NCBI RefSeq assembly: GCF_006345805.1
Contig: NC_043023.1
Span: forward strand, 15,562,001 to 15,626,000
Direction of reading: 5' to 3'
DNA from: Octopus sinensis
Taxonomy: Eukaryota
DNA: 64,000 bases
The notes under the pieces were generated by a model, which saw only the letters and a program-made list of their open reading frames with translations, ran no database searches and was not told the DNA's origin. This document shows positions 62,233 to 64,000 of the stretch, one piece after another (the first letter of the stretch is position 1; the number at the start of each line of letters is the position of its first letter). A program made the translations under genes and the position numbers.

Positions 62233-64000
62233 GAGAATAGAGATAACTATTAAAGCCAATCATTTTGACAAAATAAACAGCAAATAGTGATACGTAAGTT
62301 ATACCTCTATAATAAAGCGATAGACAGCTTCGAACGGACACAAGTAACAAATGGAATGTCTACTGTAATAAAAGAAGGCGATCTTCCGGAAGTACCAGAT
62401 ACATTTCAAAAAAGTGTTTTTTTTTATATATGGGGCGTTAGGGTAAGGTTTAAAGTTAGGGTGTGTGGCGATCCTTCGGTATATGTACACACGTGATTTT
62501 GTTTACATTTCTGAAAATATGAGTTCCAGCGATGGTGCCCCAGCATGGCCGCGGCCTTCGGGCTAAAACATTTTTAATGATTTATAACAGAAACCCTGAC
62601 CCCCCCCCCATATATAAAAAAACCCCACTTTTTTTTAATGTATCCGGTACTTATATCGTAACATCACCTAAAAGACATTAACAATTTGGTGCTTTTTCAT
62701 CGACATACCAAGTAAAAATTAAGATTAGATTTTCTTGGCATTATTCAAGAAGTTTAACGGAGAATGGAATTAATATCGAAATCAGATTAGCAACATTCAA
62801 AACTTTCACAATTGTCTGGAGTTTCCAATTAACCAGGGTCATCGGCTTTTACCACAAACAAAACATGTATTGTATCTTACCTGTGATGATAAATAAATTA
62901 GTGTTTAATATGAATTAACGTTAATTACGGAAAGGATCGATCTGGCGGGAAATATAATTTAAAGGCACTTTAGAAAAACCGACACGGAACGTCAACGAAA
63001 CGAACTAAAATCTGAATATTGTATCCGTCCTATTACTACGTATTTGTCGGATGCTAAAACGGAAGTGGTAAATTTTTAATGGTTTTTATTGCTATAATTA
63101 CGTTTTCGAAATGTGATTTATAATGAAAAAACCCCGAATAATGGCAAAAAATACAAAAGTATATGCTGACTACTTATTTTCAGGTTTTTTGCTACTCTTA
63201 CGATCTCCTCTTTAAACCTATAGTGTCGTTCTTCGTTTATTTCTTTTTAAGGTTAAGGTGAGAAACCCGTGGGTTGTTTTCTAACCAATACCCAAGAAAT
63301 TATTTTTCTCTTAGCTTTATTGAGAAAATCCTACATTTTGTAAGATATTTGTTGTTTTTTATTTCTTCAATTTCAACTAATAAATGACGTCTATTGAGGT
63401 GAAAACATTCTGTGCCGTATGAATATGTCCCTCGTTTAAGAAACAGATTGGGTTTATTTACATTTCTGAAGAAAAAAAAGATAACCTTTCCTCAACTCCT
63501 AACCCTAAAACAGATTGAAATGCAATAGATCGATACTATGGTCATAATTATGGGTGACAATTTCATATGATGCCGCTAGAAAAAACTGCCGTTCAAACGG
63601 AAAACGTCCGATGGGAGTAAGACACACGTGTCTGTTCCCCACACCCACCACTATCTAACAAGTCGTGTTGCTTTCTTTGACATTGTGGTTCGGTACGCGG
63701 AGGACGTAAAAGTAGCAATACAAATCTCAGCTTCTAGCTTTGTATCATTTGTTATTATTTGGATTTTTTCTTACAATTCACATTTTCAAAAATTTACCAC
63801 TTTACTTTTAGCATCAGACAAAAGTGTTATTAATACGGGAAGCACAACAACCGGATTCTTAATTCGTTTCGTTGACGTTCCGTGTCGGCTTTTCGATGTG
63901 TCTTTTTCGCTAGATCGCTTATTTGTGTAATTAAAAATATTATAAAACACCGACTAATATATTATAAGAGGTAAGATGTAACACATATTTTCTTTTTAGT

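Overview
Eukaryotic, AT-rich, transposon-dense DNA; no prokaryotic features, rRNA, tRNA genes or CRISPR were seen. The SINE families and zinc-finger codon style suggest an octopus (coleoid cephalopod) genome; this is an inference, not checked by search. The window is a cluster of single-coding-exon C2H2 zinc-finger (ZNF) genes with only a ~14-aa leader and no recognisable effector domain. It holds six full-length loci in strictly alternating orientation (+5.0 kb, -14.3 kb, +27.8 kb, -43.0 kb, +49.3 kb, -61.3 kb), the 3' end of another at 1-485, and small remnants. Only the 20-finger gene at 49294-51003 is uninterrupted; several others differ from intact by one homopolymer indel or one nonsense codon. 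The cluster was built by nested inverted duplications: a ~9-13 kb unit occurs direct-inverted-direct, including a tight head-to-head palindrome at 41.1-51.3 kb. Flanks stay highly similar while the internal fingers are reshuffled. Also present: GG..CC-ended MITEs with 8-bp target-site duplications (TSDs; Merlin-like), pogo-type MITEs, a nearly intact Passer/POGK-like DD35D transposon nested in a SINE, two tRNA-derived SINE families, RTE and CR1 LINE fragments, a Gypsy LTR-PBS-gag-protease remnant, a Helitron remnant, and a gag-only (CCHC) retro-element sharing its 3' tail with one SINE family. Boundaries were read by eye and may be off by a few bases.
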